Source: Acidobacteriota bacterium
Lineage (GTDB): Bacteria; Acidobacteriota; Aminicenantia; Aminicenantales; Saccharicenantaceae
Direction of reading: 5' to 3'
Assembly (NCBI GenBank): GCA_014894455.1
Contig: JADBLN010000102.1
Coordinates: forward strand, 48,537-112,536
Length of the DNA: 64,000 nt
Part shown: positions 11,186-20,681 of the stretch, piece by piece
Position numbering within the stretch: position 1 is the first letter of the stretch
Layout: every line of letters begins with the position of its first letter
The notes under the pieces: generated by a model
Databases searched by the model: none
What the model was told of the DNA's origin: nothing
What the model saw: the letters and a program-made list of their open reading frames with translations, nothing else
Position numbers and translations under genes: made by a program

Positions 11186-11929
11186 CTAGTGTTCGTGGGA
11201 GATGAAGTGGTCTCCCCGGGTGACCATGTCGCGGAATACTCCGGACCGGCAGAAGTCCTCGTGACTCCCGTGATACACGAGCCGCTGGTTAAGACAGGCC
11301 ACGCTGGTGACGTGCTTGTTGACGATGCCGATGTCGTGGGTGACCAGGACGATCGTCAGCCCCTCCCTCGAGTTCAAGCGGTCGAGCATGTCGTAGAAAG
11401 ATGCCTGGGTTTCGGCGTCGACCCCGGTCGTCGGCTCGTCCAGAAAGAGGATCCTGGGCGCGGTCACGAGCGCCCGGGCGATGAACACGCGCTGCTGTTG
11501 CCCGCCGGAAAGCCGTCCGATGGCCCATTTTCCGTGATCGGCCATGCCGACCACGTCGAGGGCCCGGAGGATATCGTCGCGGCCTTCCCGTCCCGACCGA
11601 GCCCGGGGCTTGCGGTTGGACATGAGGGCCATGCCCACGACCTCCTCGACCGAGGCCGGAAAGAACGGGTCGATATGGGTGGCCTTCTGGGGGACGTAGC
11701 CGATCTTCCGCCAGTCCGAAAATTCTCCCAGGGGCTTACCGAAGGCCTCGACGCTTCCCGACGAAGGCTCGAGCAAGCCGAGGATGACCTTGACCAGGGT
11801 GGTCTTCCCCGACCCGTTGGGCCCGATGATGGCCAGGAAATCCCCTTCCCGGATGGTCAGGTCGATGTCGACGAGGACGGGCGTCCCGTCGTAACGGAAG
11901 GAGACGTCGCGAAGGACGATCAGGTCCAT
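11186..11929 (-). CDS. znuC: metal ABC transporter ATP-binding protein
   Basis: 247 aa. Walker A GPNGSGKTT, signature LSGGQQQR, Walker B LFLDEPT. His-rich C-terminal tail HFISHEH. Confidence 0.85.
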   Translation of the reverse strand: MDLIVLRDVSFRYDGTPVLVDIDLTIREGDFLAIIGPNGSGKTTLVKVILGLLEPSSGSVEAFGKPLGEFSDWRKIGYVPQKATHIDPFFPASVEEVVGMALMSNRKPRARSGREGRDDILRALDVVGMADHGKWAIGRLSGGQQQRVFIARALVTAPRILFLDEPTTGVDAETQASFYDMLDRLNSREGLTIVLVTHDIGIVNKHVTSVACLNQRLVYHGSHEDFCRSGVFRDMVTRGDHFISHEH

Positions 11930-11933
11930 GGTT

Positions 11934-12854
11934 TCAGCGGCACCCCAGGCCGTCGCGCAGGCTAGTCAAATTCTCCTCCATGAGCTCGAAGAATCCCAGG
12001 CCCCGGTCCTGTTCGTCACGGGTCAGGTTGTGGCCGGCGTGGAGGACGAGGACCCGGCCGCTGATCTCGCGGGCCAGCGTCCTCGACAGGTCGGGCGAGA
12101 CGGAGTTCTCGAAAAAGATCGTCCGGACCCCTTTTTGCCGGCAGAAATCGACGGCTTTCATGAGGTCGAGAGGGCGGGGCTGGGCGTCCGGGCTCAGGCC
12201 GTAGAGGGCCGTTTGGACGAGTCCGTATCTCCGGGCCAGGTAGCCGAAGGCGCCGTGTCCGGCGAGGACTATGTCCCGCCCCCGGCAGGCGGCCAGGCCG
12301 TCGCGGAATTTCACGTCGAGCGCCAGAAGGCGCGCCGTCAGCTTGTCCGCGTTCTCCGTGAATTCGGGGCGGCCTTCCGGGTCGATGCGCGAGAGCTCGT
12401 CGGCGATCTTCCGGACGATCCGCGTGTCGAGCTCGAAATCGAGCCAGACGTGGGGGTCCAGTTGTTCGTGGGCGCCCTCCCCATGTCCTCGCTCGTCGTC
12501 GGCCGCGGTCTCGAGGAGTCTTAGGCCCGCCGTCACTTCGAGGGCGCGGATCTTGCCTCCCGGCAGGGCCTTGAGCAGGCCGGGGAGCCAGGGCTCGAGG
12601 TTCGCCCCGATATAAACGAGCAGGTCGCATGCGGCCAGGCGGCCGATGTCGCCGGGCCGGGGCTGCCAGGTGTGGACTCCGGCGCCCGGAGGGAGGAGAA
12701 GTTCCGCTTCCCCCCTGTCACCGGCAACGGCCGCGGCGAACTCCCGGAGGGGGAAGACGGTGGCCATGACGCGGACCTTGGCCTCGAGCGGCGCGGAACC
12801 CGCTGCGGCGAGAGCCAGCGTCGAGGCCAGGAGGACGCGGCGAAGGGATTTCAC
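11934..12854 (-). CDS. znuA: zinc ABC transporter substrate-binding protein
   Basis: 306 aa, GTG start. Signal peptide. Cluster-9 SBP fold with a His/acidic loop DDERGHGEGAHEQLDPH typical of ZnuA. Confidence 0.8.
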   Translation of the reverse strand: MKSLRRVLLASTLALAAAGSAPLEAKVRVMATVFPLREFAAAVAGDRGEAELLLPPGAGVHTWQPRPGDIGRLAACDLLVYIGANLEPWLPGLLKALPGGKIRALEVTAGLRLLETAADDERGHGEGAHEQLDPHVWLDFELDTRIVRKIADELSRIDPEGRPEFTENADKLTARLLALDVKFRDGLAACRGRDIVLAGHGAFGYLARRYGLVQTALYGLSPDAQPRPLDLMKAVDFCRQKGVRTIFFENSVSPDLSRTLAREISGRVLVLHAGHNLTRDEQDRGLGFFELMEENLTSLRDGLGCR

Positions 12855-12946
12855 GACTCGGATTATACTCGGGAGGACGGCTTGAATCCATCGCTTTTTT
12901 GTGGCATCATGGCCGTCTCGTCATCTCAATCAAGAAGGAGTCATCC

Positions 12947-14401
12947 ATGGCATCCTCTCTCGGCGAACTCAACCCCCGGCTTCTCTGGAAGCATTTCGCG
13001 AAGATCCTGACCATCCCCCACTGCTCGGGCAACGAAAAGGCCCTCGGGGATTATGTCCTGTCCGTGGCCAAGTCCCTGAACCTGCCCGGCAAGCGCGACA
13101 AGGTCGGCAACGTCCTTGTCAGTAAGCCGGCGACGGCCGGACGGGAGAGCGCCGTGGGCGTCATCCTCCAGGGCCACCTCGATATGGTCTGCGAGAAGAA
13201 CTCGGACAAGGTCCACGATTTTTGCAAGGACCCGATCCTGCCCGACATCAAGGGAGAATGGGTTTATGCCCAGGGGACGACCCTCGGGGCCGACAACGGC
13301 ATCGGCCTGGCCGCGGCCCTGGCGGTCATGGAGGACAAGACGCTCGTCCATGGCCCCATGGAGTTCCTCTTCACCGTCGACGAAGAGACCGGCCTGACCG
13401 GAGCCAACCGGATCCAGAAAGGGTTCCTGGCCGGGAAGAAGCTCCTTAACCTCGACAGCGAAGACGAGGGGACGTTCACCATCGGCTGCGCCGGCGGGGC
13501 GGACTCCGAACTCGTTTTTCCGGCCGAAAGAAAAACAACGGCTTCGAAGAACCTCTACCGTCTGCACCTCCACGGCCTCCGGGGCGGCCACTCCGGACTG
13601 GACATCAACCAGGGCCGAGGCAACGCGATAAAGCTCCTCGCCCGGATGCTCGGACAGGCCCAGGCGACCGCGCGTTTCGAGATCATAAGCCTCGAGGGCG
13701 GGAGCAAGCATAATGCCATCCCGCGCGAAGCCGTCGCGGTCGTCGCCTGCCCTCCCGTCCAGGTCCGGACCCTAACAGTGGCGCTCAAAAAGGCCTTCGA
13801 TAAGATTTCTATCGAGTATAAGTCCGTTGAAGCTGCGGCCAAGTATTCGTTAGAAGCCGCGGCTGGCAAGGACTTCGCCCTGACCCAAGGGTGCCAGCGC
13901 GTCCTCCTCAACTTCCTCCTGGCCGTCCCTCATGGCGTTATATCCATGCACCCGGAGATCGCCGGGCTGGTCGAGACGTCGACCAACCTGGCCATCGTCA
14001 GGACCGATAAGAAAGAGCTCAAGGTCCTCTGCAGCACGCGCAGTTCTGTCGCCTCGGCCCTCGAAGCGACGCGGAACATCATCAAGTCCGTCTGCGACCT
14101 GGCCGGGGCCCGGGCCGAATTCAAGAACGGCTACCCCGGCTGGATGCCCAACCTCGCCTCTCCCCTCCTGAAGCATTTAAAAGAGATCTACGCCAAGACC
14201 TTCGGGAAAGAGGCCGAGATCGTGGCCGTTCACGCCGGTCTCGAATGCGGCATCATCGGCGAAAAGTTCCCGGGCATGGACATGATCTCGTTCGGCCCGA
14301 CGATGAAGAACCCCCACTCGCCCGAGGAACATGTCCATATCGGGTCGGTCGAGAAATTCTGGACGTTTCTGACTACGGCCCTGGCCGAGCTGTCAAAGTA
14401 G
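12947..14401 (+). CDS. pepD: aminoacyl-histidine (Xaa-His) dipeptidase, M20C
   Basis: Internal ATG preceded by AAGAAGGAG, while the most-upstream start in the track is a TTG. PepD-like N-terminus LNPRLLWKHFAKILTIPHCSGNE and M20 metal ligands. Confidence 0.85.
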   Translation: MASSLGELNPRLLWKHFAKILTIPHCSGNEKALGDYVLSVAKSLNLPGKRDKVGNVLVSKPATAGRESAVGVILQGHLDMVCEKNSDKVHDFCKDPILPDIKGEWVYAQGTTLGADNGIGLAAALAVMEDKTLVHGPMEFLFTVDEETGLTGANRIQKGFLAGKKLLNLDSEDEGTFTIGCAGGADSELVFPAERKTTASKNLYRLHLHGLRGGHSGLDINQGRGNAIKLLARMLGQAQATARFEIISLEGGSKHNAIPREAVAVVACPPVQVRTLTVALKKAFDKISIEYKSVEAAAKYSLEAAAGKDFALTQGCQRVLLNFLLAVPHGVISMHPEIAGLVETSTNLAIVRTDKKELKVLCSTRSSVASALEATRNIIKSVCDLAGARAEFKNGYPGWMPNLASPLLKHLKEIYAKTFGKEAEIVAVHAGLECGIIGEKFPGMDMISFGPTMKNPHSPEEHVHIGSVEKFWTFLTTALAELSK

Positions 14402-14513
14402 TTCAGTACAAAGGTGAAGCGGGAGCGTGAAAAGACGGAAGTTTCTCGCAGCCGCCGGACTCCTGGGCGCTCTCTTTTCCCAGGTATTTCCGGCCATCGG
14501 AAGGAGCAAAACC

Positions 14514-14894
14514 ATGAAAAAGCAAGTTCAAACCGATAAAGCCCCGAAAGCCATAGGACCCTATTCGCAGGCCATCATCGCCAACGGCTTCGTTTTCTGC
14601 TCGGGCCAGATCCCCATCGACCCGGCCACCGGAAACCTCCTCAACGGCACGATCGAGGACGAAACACGCCAGGTCCTCAAGAACCTGGGGGCCGTGCTCG
14701 AGGCCGCCGGTTCCTCCTATGACGACGTGGTCAAAACGACCGTTTTCCTCCAGGACATGAACGACTTCGCCAAGATGAACGCTGTCTACGCCGAGTTCTT
14801 CAAGGCCCCCAGCCCGGCCCGGGCCACGGTCCAGGCCGCCCGTCTGCCGAAGGACGTCAAGGTCGAGATCGAGGCCGTCGCCCTGGTCAGGTAG
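14514..14894 (+). CDS. ridA: RidA family reactive enamine/imine deaminase
   Basis: 126 aa from the ATG preceded by [19 protein letters not shown]-terminus and YjgF/RidA fold. The track ORF starts at an upstream GTG, judged read-through of the leader. Confidence 0.8.
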   Translation: MKKQVQTDKAPKAIGPYSQAIIANGFVFCSGQIPIDPATGNLLNGTIEDETRQVLKNLGAVLEAAGSSYDDVVKTTVFLQDMNDFAKMNAVYAEFFKAPSPARATVQAARLPKDVKVEIEAVALVR

Positions 14895-15179
14895 CTAGCC
14901 GTGCCGCTCCGGGAGCGCCACTCCGTCGGCCGCGCAGGGCTTCCGGGATCATCTTCGTTCGCTGCGGTGATTCTTAACGTCGTCATGGGCTTGATCCGGC
15001 CCATGACGGCTAAATCACCGCTTTATGCTCGCTCCGATGACTCCCTCGGCCCTTTATCCTGCGGCCTCCTCCGGATATCGTCTCTAGTCCATTGCTTTAA
15101 TCAAACTTACAAAATTAGTCCTCGTATTTAATCGGCATATCTAGACCACCTGGCATGATTCCTATAGAATAATTAAGCC

Positions 15180-15398
15180 ATGCCGATATACGAATATCTG
15201 TGCAAGAAGTGCGCGCGGCATTTCGAGTGCCTGGTCCAAGGCGGCCGAGAGAAAGAAGTCGCCTGCCCCGATTGCGGTGCGGAGGAACCGCAGAAATTGG
15301 TCTCGTCCTTCGGCATCGGCGGCGGCTCGAGCAGGATCAAGGCTTCTTCATCGGGCTGCACGAGCTGTTCGACCAAGTCGTGCAGCACTTGCCATTGA
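15180..15398 (+). CDS. FmdB-family zinc-ribbon protein with Cys-rich C-terminal tail
   Basis: 72 aa. MPIYEYLCKKC...CPDCG matches the FmdB regulatory zinc ribbon. Extra C-terminal CTSCSTKSCSTCH. Confidence 0.6.
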   Translation: MPIYEYLCKKCARHFECLVQGGREKEVACPDCGAEEPQKLVSSFGIGGGSSRIKASSSGCTSCSTKSCSTCH

Positions 15399-15464
15399 CC
15401 CCTCAATATCCCGGGGCCTATCTTGACTTATCAGCGGTAATATCGTTTTATTAAGTCCTTGGAC

Positions 15465-17483
15465 ATGGCGCGAAAAACAAGCCCGGCCGTGCGGATAGGC
15501 GTCGACACCGGCGGCACATTCACCGACTTCGTCATCTGGAAGGACGGCCGCCTCTTCAACAGGAAGGTCCTCTCGACCCCGCAGGACCCCTCTCTGGCCA
15601 TCTTCGAGGGGGTCGGTGATTTCCTGGGCTCCGGCGCTCCTGCCTTCATCATCCATGGCACGACCGTGGCCACGAACGCCCTCCTGCAGAGAAAAGGCGG
15701 CCGCGTCGCCCTGGTCACAACGGCCGGATTTGAGGACATCCTGGCCATCGGGCGCCAGACCCGGCGCGAGCTCTACTCCCTGCAGCCCGAGGAGAGGTTC
15801 GAGCTCATCCCCGCCGGGCGCAGGTTCGGTATCCGGGAAAGGACGCTCGCCTCGGGCCAGGTCGAGAGAACGGTCAGCCGCTCCGAGGTCCGCAAGGTCA
15901 TCGCGAAAATCCGAAAGTCCGGCGCCGAAGCCGTCGCCGTCTGTCTGCTCCATTCCTACGCTAGCGCAAAAAACGAGGACGTCGTGGCCGAGGAGCTGGC
16001 CCGGGCGGGGCTGCTCGCCTCGGTATCGAGCCGTCTCCTCCCCGAGCACCGGGAGTTCGAGCGGATGTCGACCACGGCCACGAACGCCTTCCTCATGCCG
16101 GTCATGGACCGCTACCTCCGGGAACTCGACCGGCGGCTCGGCCGAGCCGAGCTGAGGATCATGCAGTCGAACGAAGGGTATATTTCCCCGGTCCGGGCCC
16201 GCCTCGAACCCATTAAAACGTCTCTTTCGGGGCCGGCGGGGGGCGCCGTCGGCGCCCGCGTCCTGGCCCGGGCGGCCGGAATCCCGAACATCATCAGTTT
16301 CGATATGGGCGGGACGTCGACGGACGTTTCGCTCATCGAAGGCCGGATCCGGCGGACGCACGAGGCCCGGATCGGGGATTTTCCGATCCGCCTTCCCATC
16401 ATCGATATCCACTCCGTCGGTGCCGGCGGAGGCTCGATCGCCTATACCGACCGGGGAGGATCACTCAGGGTGGGGCCTCAAAGCGCCGGCGCAGACCCCG
16501 GACCCGCCTGCTACGGCAAGGGGGAACTGCCGACCGTGACCGACGCCAACCTTTATCTCGGGCGCATGGACCCGGAGTTCTTTCTGGGCGGCCGGATGCG
16601 GATCCATCCGGACCGCAGCCGGGCCGCCGTCGGGCGGCTAGCCCGCCGGATCGGTAAATCCGCCCGCGAAACGGCCCTCGGCATCGTCGCCATCGCCAAC
16701 GCCAACATGGAAAAGGCCATCCGCGTCATCTCGATCGAGCGGGGCTTCGATCCGCGCGCTTTCGCCCTTTTCTCGTTTGGCGGGGCGGGCGGCATGCACG
16801 CGGTGGAGATGGCCGCCCACCTGGGCATGCCCACCGTCATCGTCCCCCGAAACGCCGGGGTCCTTTCGGCTTTCGGCCTGCTCATGTCGGATTCCGTCAA
16901 AGATTACACGAAATCGCTGATGAAGCCGGATTCCCAGGTCACCCTGGCCGACCTCGAGTCGGAATTCCGGTCCCTCGAGCAAGCCAGCTTCCGCGACATG
17001 AAGGAGGACGGGTTCGCCGCGAAAGACGTCGTCCTCGAACGCTCCCTCGACTGCCGTTACCTCGGCCAGTCCTATGAGATCGACGTGCCCTTCAGAAAAG
17101 CGCGGACCGCGGCGCGGGCGTTCCTCGAGAGCTTTCACAGCCGTCATCAAAAGCTCTATTCCTATCGCCACGACCGGAGGCCTGTCGAGATCGTCAACCT
17201 CCGGGTCAAGGCCGTCGCCGTCACGCCCAAGATCCCGCTGTTCGAGGAACCTGGACAGAAGACGCTCGACCCGAAGGCCATGATCCGGAAGCAGCCCATT
17301 TTTTATGGAAGGGCCGCCGCCGAAGGAATGGTCATCGACAGGTCGAGGCTTGCCCCGGACAACGCGGTCCGCGGCCCGGCCCTCGTCATCGACCCCGAAT
17401 CGACGACCTTTCTCCCTCCCAACTACATCGCCCGGGTCGACGGATACTCGAACCTCATCATCCGCAAGGCGGGGCCGCGATGA
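15465..17483 (+). CDS. hyuA: hydantoinase/oxoprolinase family protein, A subunit
   Basis: About 672 aa. RIGVDTGGTFTDFV N-terminus and HyuA-like body. ATG at 15465; the track start 15459 is a TTG. Confidence 0.85.
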   Translation: MARKTSPAVRIGVDTGGTFTDFVIWKDGRLFNRKVLSTPQDPSLAIFEGVGDFLGSGAPAFIIHGTTVATNALLQRKGGRVALVTTAGFEDILAIGRQTRRELYSLQPEERFELIPAGRRFGIRERTLASGQVERTVSRSEVRKVIAKIRKSGAEAVAVCLLHSYASAKNEDVVAEELARAGLLASVSSRLLPEHREFERMSTTATNAFLMPVMDRYLRELDRRLGRAELRIMQSNEGYISPVRARLEPIKTSLSGPAGGAVGARVLARAAGIPNIISFDMGGTSTDVSLIEGRIRRTHEARIGDFPIRLPIIDIHSVGAGGGSIAYTDRGGSLRVGPQSAGADPGPACYGKGELPTVTDANLYLGRMDPEFFLGGRMRIHPDRSRAAVGRLARRIGKSARETALGIVAIANANMEKAIRVISIERGFDPRAFALFSFGGAGGMHAVEMAAHLGMPTVIVPRNAGVLSAFGLLMSDSVKDYTKSLMKPDSQVTLADLESEFRSLEQASFRDMKEDGFAAKDVVLERSLDCRYLGQSYEIDVPFRKARTAARAFLESFHSRHQKLYSYRHDRRPVEIVNLRVKAVAVTPKIPLFEEPGQKTLDPKAMIRKQPIFYGRAAAEGMVIDRSRLAPDNAVRGPALVIDPESTTFLPPNYIARVDGYSNLIIRKAGPR

Positions 17484-19048
17484 AAAAATTCGACCCCATC
17501 GAACTCGAGCTTTTCAAGAACGTCTTCATCGCCATTTCCGAAGAAATGGGCGCCGTCCTCGGCCGCACGGCCCTCTCCCCCAACATCAAAGAACGGAAGG
17601 ATTACTCCTGCTCCCTTTTCAACGAGAATGGCGAGACGCTGGCCCAGGGCTCGCATATCCCCGTCCACCTGGGGGCCATGCCCCTTTCCGTCCAGGCCGC
17701 GCTCCAAGCTGTGACCTTCGAGAAGGGCGACCTGGTCATCCTCAACGACCCCTATCGGGGCGGGACGCATCTCCCCGACATCACCTGCATCTCCCCCGTT
17801 TTCCTGGGCCGGAAGCTCAGCTTCTTCGTGGCCAATCGGGCCCATCACTCCGACGTGGGCGGGATGACGCCGGGTTCCATGCCCCTGGCCACCGAGCTTT
17901 TCCAGGAGGGCCTGATCATTCCGCCGCTGAAACTCTATTCCCGCGGCCGGATGAACAAGGACGTCTTCGATCTCATTCTTTCGAACGTCCGGACGCCCGA
18001 CGAGCGCCGGGGCGATCTCCTGGCCCAGTTCGCGGCCAACGAGATCGGCCGGGCGCGGCTCGAGGAGGCCGTGGCCAGGTTCGGCGCCGGAAAAGTCCGC
18101 CTGTACTCCGGCCTCGTCCAAGACTACACGGAAAAGTTCCTCAGGGAAACGATCAGGACCATTCCCGACGGCGTCTACGCCTTCGAGGATTTCCTGGACA
18201 ACGACGGGATTTCGGCCCGCTCCATCAAGATCGGCGTCCGGGTGACGATTCGCGGCGACGAGGCCGTGGTCGATTTCAGCTCCTCCTCCCCCCAGACCGA
18301 AGGCGGGGTCAACGCCAACTTCGCCATAACCTGCTCGGCCGTCCTTTATGTCTTCCGGTCCCTCGTCGAAGAGGACATCCCCTTCAACACGGGCCTGATG
18401 AGGCCGCTCGAGATCGTGGCCCCCAAGGGCTCCATCGTCAACGCCGAGTTCCCGGCCGCCTGCGCCGGAGGGAACGTCGAGACGTCCCAGCGCATCGTCG
18501 ACGTCCTGCTCGGCGCTCTGGCCAAGGCCGTCCCGGACAGGATCCCGGCGGCGAGCCAGGGGACGATGAACAACATCGCCTTCGGCGGCTACGACCCGTG
18601 GCGGAAGAGGCACTTCGCCTATTACGAAACGATCGGCGGCGGCATGGGCGCCGGATCGGGCGCGGCCGGCCTCGACGGCGTCCACACCCACATGACCAAC
18701 TCCCTCAACACGCCCCTCGAAGCCCTTGAAAATTACCTGCCCATAAGGATCCGGCGTTACGGCCTCCGAAAGGGCTCCGGCGGAAAAGGGCTCCACCGGG
18801 GCGGCGAAGGAATCATCCGCGAGTACGAATTCCGGGTCCCCGCCACGCTGACGATCCTGTCTGAGCGCCGCCGGTTCGCGCCCTACGGGGTACGCGGCGG
18901 CGGACCGGGCGCCAAGGGAAAAAATACGCTCGTTTCCCGGGGCCGGAAAAAGGTCCTGGGTTCGAAAGTCAACGTCACGCTCCGGCCCGGAGACGTCCTC
19001 CGCGTCGAAACACCGGGCGGCGGCGGCTACGGCCGGCCTCGCCGCTAG
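17480..19048 (+). CDS. hyuB: hydantoinase/oxoprolinase family protein, B subunit
   Basis: 522 aa. HyuB-like (KERKDYSCSLF, HLPDIT). Start overlaps the hyuA stop. Confidence 0.85.
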   Translation: MKKFDPIELELFKNVFIAISEEMGAVLGRTALSPNIKERKDYSCSLFNENGETLAQGSHIPVHLGAMPLSVQAALQAVTFEKGDLVILNDPYRGGTHLPDITCISPVFLGRKLSFFVANRAHHSDVGGMTPGSMPLATELFQEGLIIPPLKLYSRGRMNKDVFDLILSNVRTPDERRGDLLAQFAANEIGRARLEEAVARFGAGKVRLYSGLVQDYTEKFLRETIRTIPDGVYAFEDFLDNDGISARSIKIGVRVTIRGDEAVVDFSSSSPQTEGGVNANFAITCSAVLYVFRSLVEEDIPFNTGLMRPLEIVAPKGSIVNAEFPAACAGGNVETSQRIVDVLLGALAKAVPDRIPAASQGTMNNIAFGGYDPWRKRHFAYYETIGGGMGAGSGAAGLDGVHTHMTNSLNTPLEALENYLPIRIRRYGLRKGSGGKGLHRGGEGIIREYEFRVPATLTILSERRRFAPYGVRGGGPGAKGKNTLVSRGRKKVLGSKVNVTLRPGDVLRVETPGGGGYGRPRR

Positions 19049-19064
19049 ATAAGGAGGTCCCGCG

Positions 19065-20177
19065 ATGAAATCTAAAGCCACTCTGGTCCTGTTTTTTCTC
19101 ATGATCTCGGCGCTTTGGGCCTTTCCCGAGGCCACCTCGTCCGGCGCGGCGGAGACCTCGCTCGCCATGCCCGTCCGGGGAGTCTGGATGCATCCGGGCT
19201 TTTTCGGCCATGACAAAACGGCCGCCGTCGAAAAGATGCGCCTGACCCTCGATGCCTACGTGCGGGCCGGCATTAATACCCTCATCATGTGCGTCAAGAA
19301 CACCTCGGGGCACGTGTACTACGCCAGCGAGATCGGTGTCCGGGACAAGGCCTGGGACTGGGATTTCTTCGGAGTCTTCCTGGCCGAAGCGAAGAAGAGG
19401 AAGATGGAGGTCCACCCGTGGTTCTGCGTCTTCCCCGAGTCGGCCATTCTGGGACAGGTCCGGGAACACCCCGAATGGCTGATCCAGAGTCCGAAACGGG
19501 AGATGGTCAGCGCGGTCAACCCCGCCCTCCCGGCCGTCCGCGAGTACGAAATCAGCCTGATGCTTGAGGTCGCGAAAAAGTACGACGTCGGCTGGATCCA
19601 CCTCGACTACATCCGTTATCCCTGCGAACCGACGGAACCCTATTTCAGCTTCGACCCGGAGACGCTCCGGCTGTTCAAGCAGGATACGGGGATCGATATG
19701 GCCGCGGTCAAGGCCCGCGATACGGGCAACATGGCCTGGAACGAGTGGCTCAGCTGGAACAGGGACCGGGTGACGGTGTTCGTCCGAGAGCTCAAGAGCG
19801 CGCTCAAAGCGACAGGGCGCCGGGTGAAGATCAGCGCCGCGGTTTTTCCGGACGCCAGGAACGCCGCCGTCCTCATCGGCCAGGACTGGCCGGCCTGGGC
19901 CCGCGAGCGGCTGGTGGACATGCTCTGCCCCATGCTCTACTCCAACGATGCCGGCCTCTTCGAGAAGCTCGTCCGTGAGGCCGTGGCCTTCGGGAAGGGG
20001 CGATGCCAGGTCTGCCCCGGGATCGGCATCGGCACTTCCCATAATCAGAACACGCCCGAGGGCATGATCGAGCAAATGAAAATCAGCAAATCACTCGGCG
20101 CCGACGGAGTGGTCTATTTCTCTTCGAGCAGTTTGGCCCAGCCCTTCCTCGAGAAGTTGAAAGCCTCGAAGAGCTAG
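19065..20177 (+). CDS. secreted glycoside hydrolase-like family 10 (GHL10/DUF4015-type) protein
   Basis: 370 aa. Signal peptide. TIM-barrel GHL10-like motifs (GVWMHP, WIHLDYIRYP). AAGGAGG RBS. Confidence 0.6.
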   Translation: MKSKATLVLFFLMISALWAFPEATSSGAAETSLAMPVRGVWMHPGFFGHDKTAAVEKMRLTLDAYVRAGINTLIMCVKNTSGHVYYASEIGVRDKAWDWDFFGVFLAEAKKRKMEVHPWFCVFPESAILGQVREHPEWLIQSPKREMVSAVNPALPAVREYEISLMLEVAKKYDVGWIHLDYIRYPCEPTEPYFSFDPETLRLFKQDTGIDMAAVKARDTGNMAWNEWLSWNRDRVTVFVRELKSALKATGRRVKISAAVFPDARNAAVLIGQDWPAWARERLVDMLCPMLYSNDAGLFEKLVREAVAFGKGRCQVCPGIGIGTSHNQNTPEGMIEQMKISKSLGADGVVYFSSSSLAQPFLEKLKASKS

Positions 20178-20650
20178 ATCTTCTTGAGCTTCGTCTTTTC
20201 GATGAGCAGCGTGCCCTGGTAGGACACGTAGTTCAGGAGGATCATCACCCGTTCGTTGTCGCCGACCTCCTTGCGGAAGATCCCCTTCAGATTCTTGAAG
20301 GGCCCTTCGACGACTTCGATCTCGTCCCCGACGGCCGGCTCCTCGCCGTATTTTTCGAAGACGACGAGCCCGTCCTGTTCGCGGGCCTTGATGCCCATGA
20401 CGATTTCCTCCAGGATCGGAGTCGGGCCGTCGTCGTTGCCGACGACGCGCTTGACCCCGCGGGTGTATTTCACCATTTGGAATTGAGCGGGAAATTCGAA
20501 CTGGACGAATGCGTATCCCGGGAAAAAGGGGCCGATGCGCTTTTCGCGGACGTACTTCGGGCAGTAGACGGTGAAACCGCCCTCCTCGAAAAGCCTCTCG
20601 ACCTGGCTCTCTTTCTTGGGCTTGGTGTTGATGACGTACCAGAGGAGCAT
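20174..20650 (-). CDS. NusG-family transcription antiterminator paralog (RfaH/UpxY/LoaP-like)
   Basis: 158 aa. NGN domain (WYVINTKPKKE...FPGYAFV) plus KOW motif (VGDEIEVVEGPFKNLKGIF). Much shorter than housekeeping NusG. Confidence 0.7.
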   Translation of the reverse strand: MLLWYVINTKPKKESQVERLFEEGGFTVYCPKYVREKRIGPFFPGYAFVQFEFPAQFQMVKYTRGVKRVVGNDDGPTPILEEIVMGIKAREQDGLVVFEKYGEEPAVGDEIEVVEGPFKNLKGIFRKEVGDNERVMILLNYVSYQGTLLIEKTKLKKI

Positions 20651-20681
20651 CAGGTCACCCTCAACTCTTCGTCAGCGATTT

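Noticed and set aside
14427-14513. In-frame upstream extension of ridA that would add a twin-arginine-like signal ([13 protein letters not shown])
   Set aside because: It starts at a GTG with no SD. The canonical RidA N-terminus begins at the ATG at 14514, which has a perfect AAGGAG 7 nt upstream. The extension is most simply translation of the leader.
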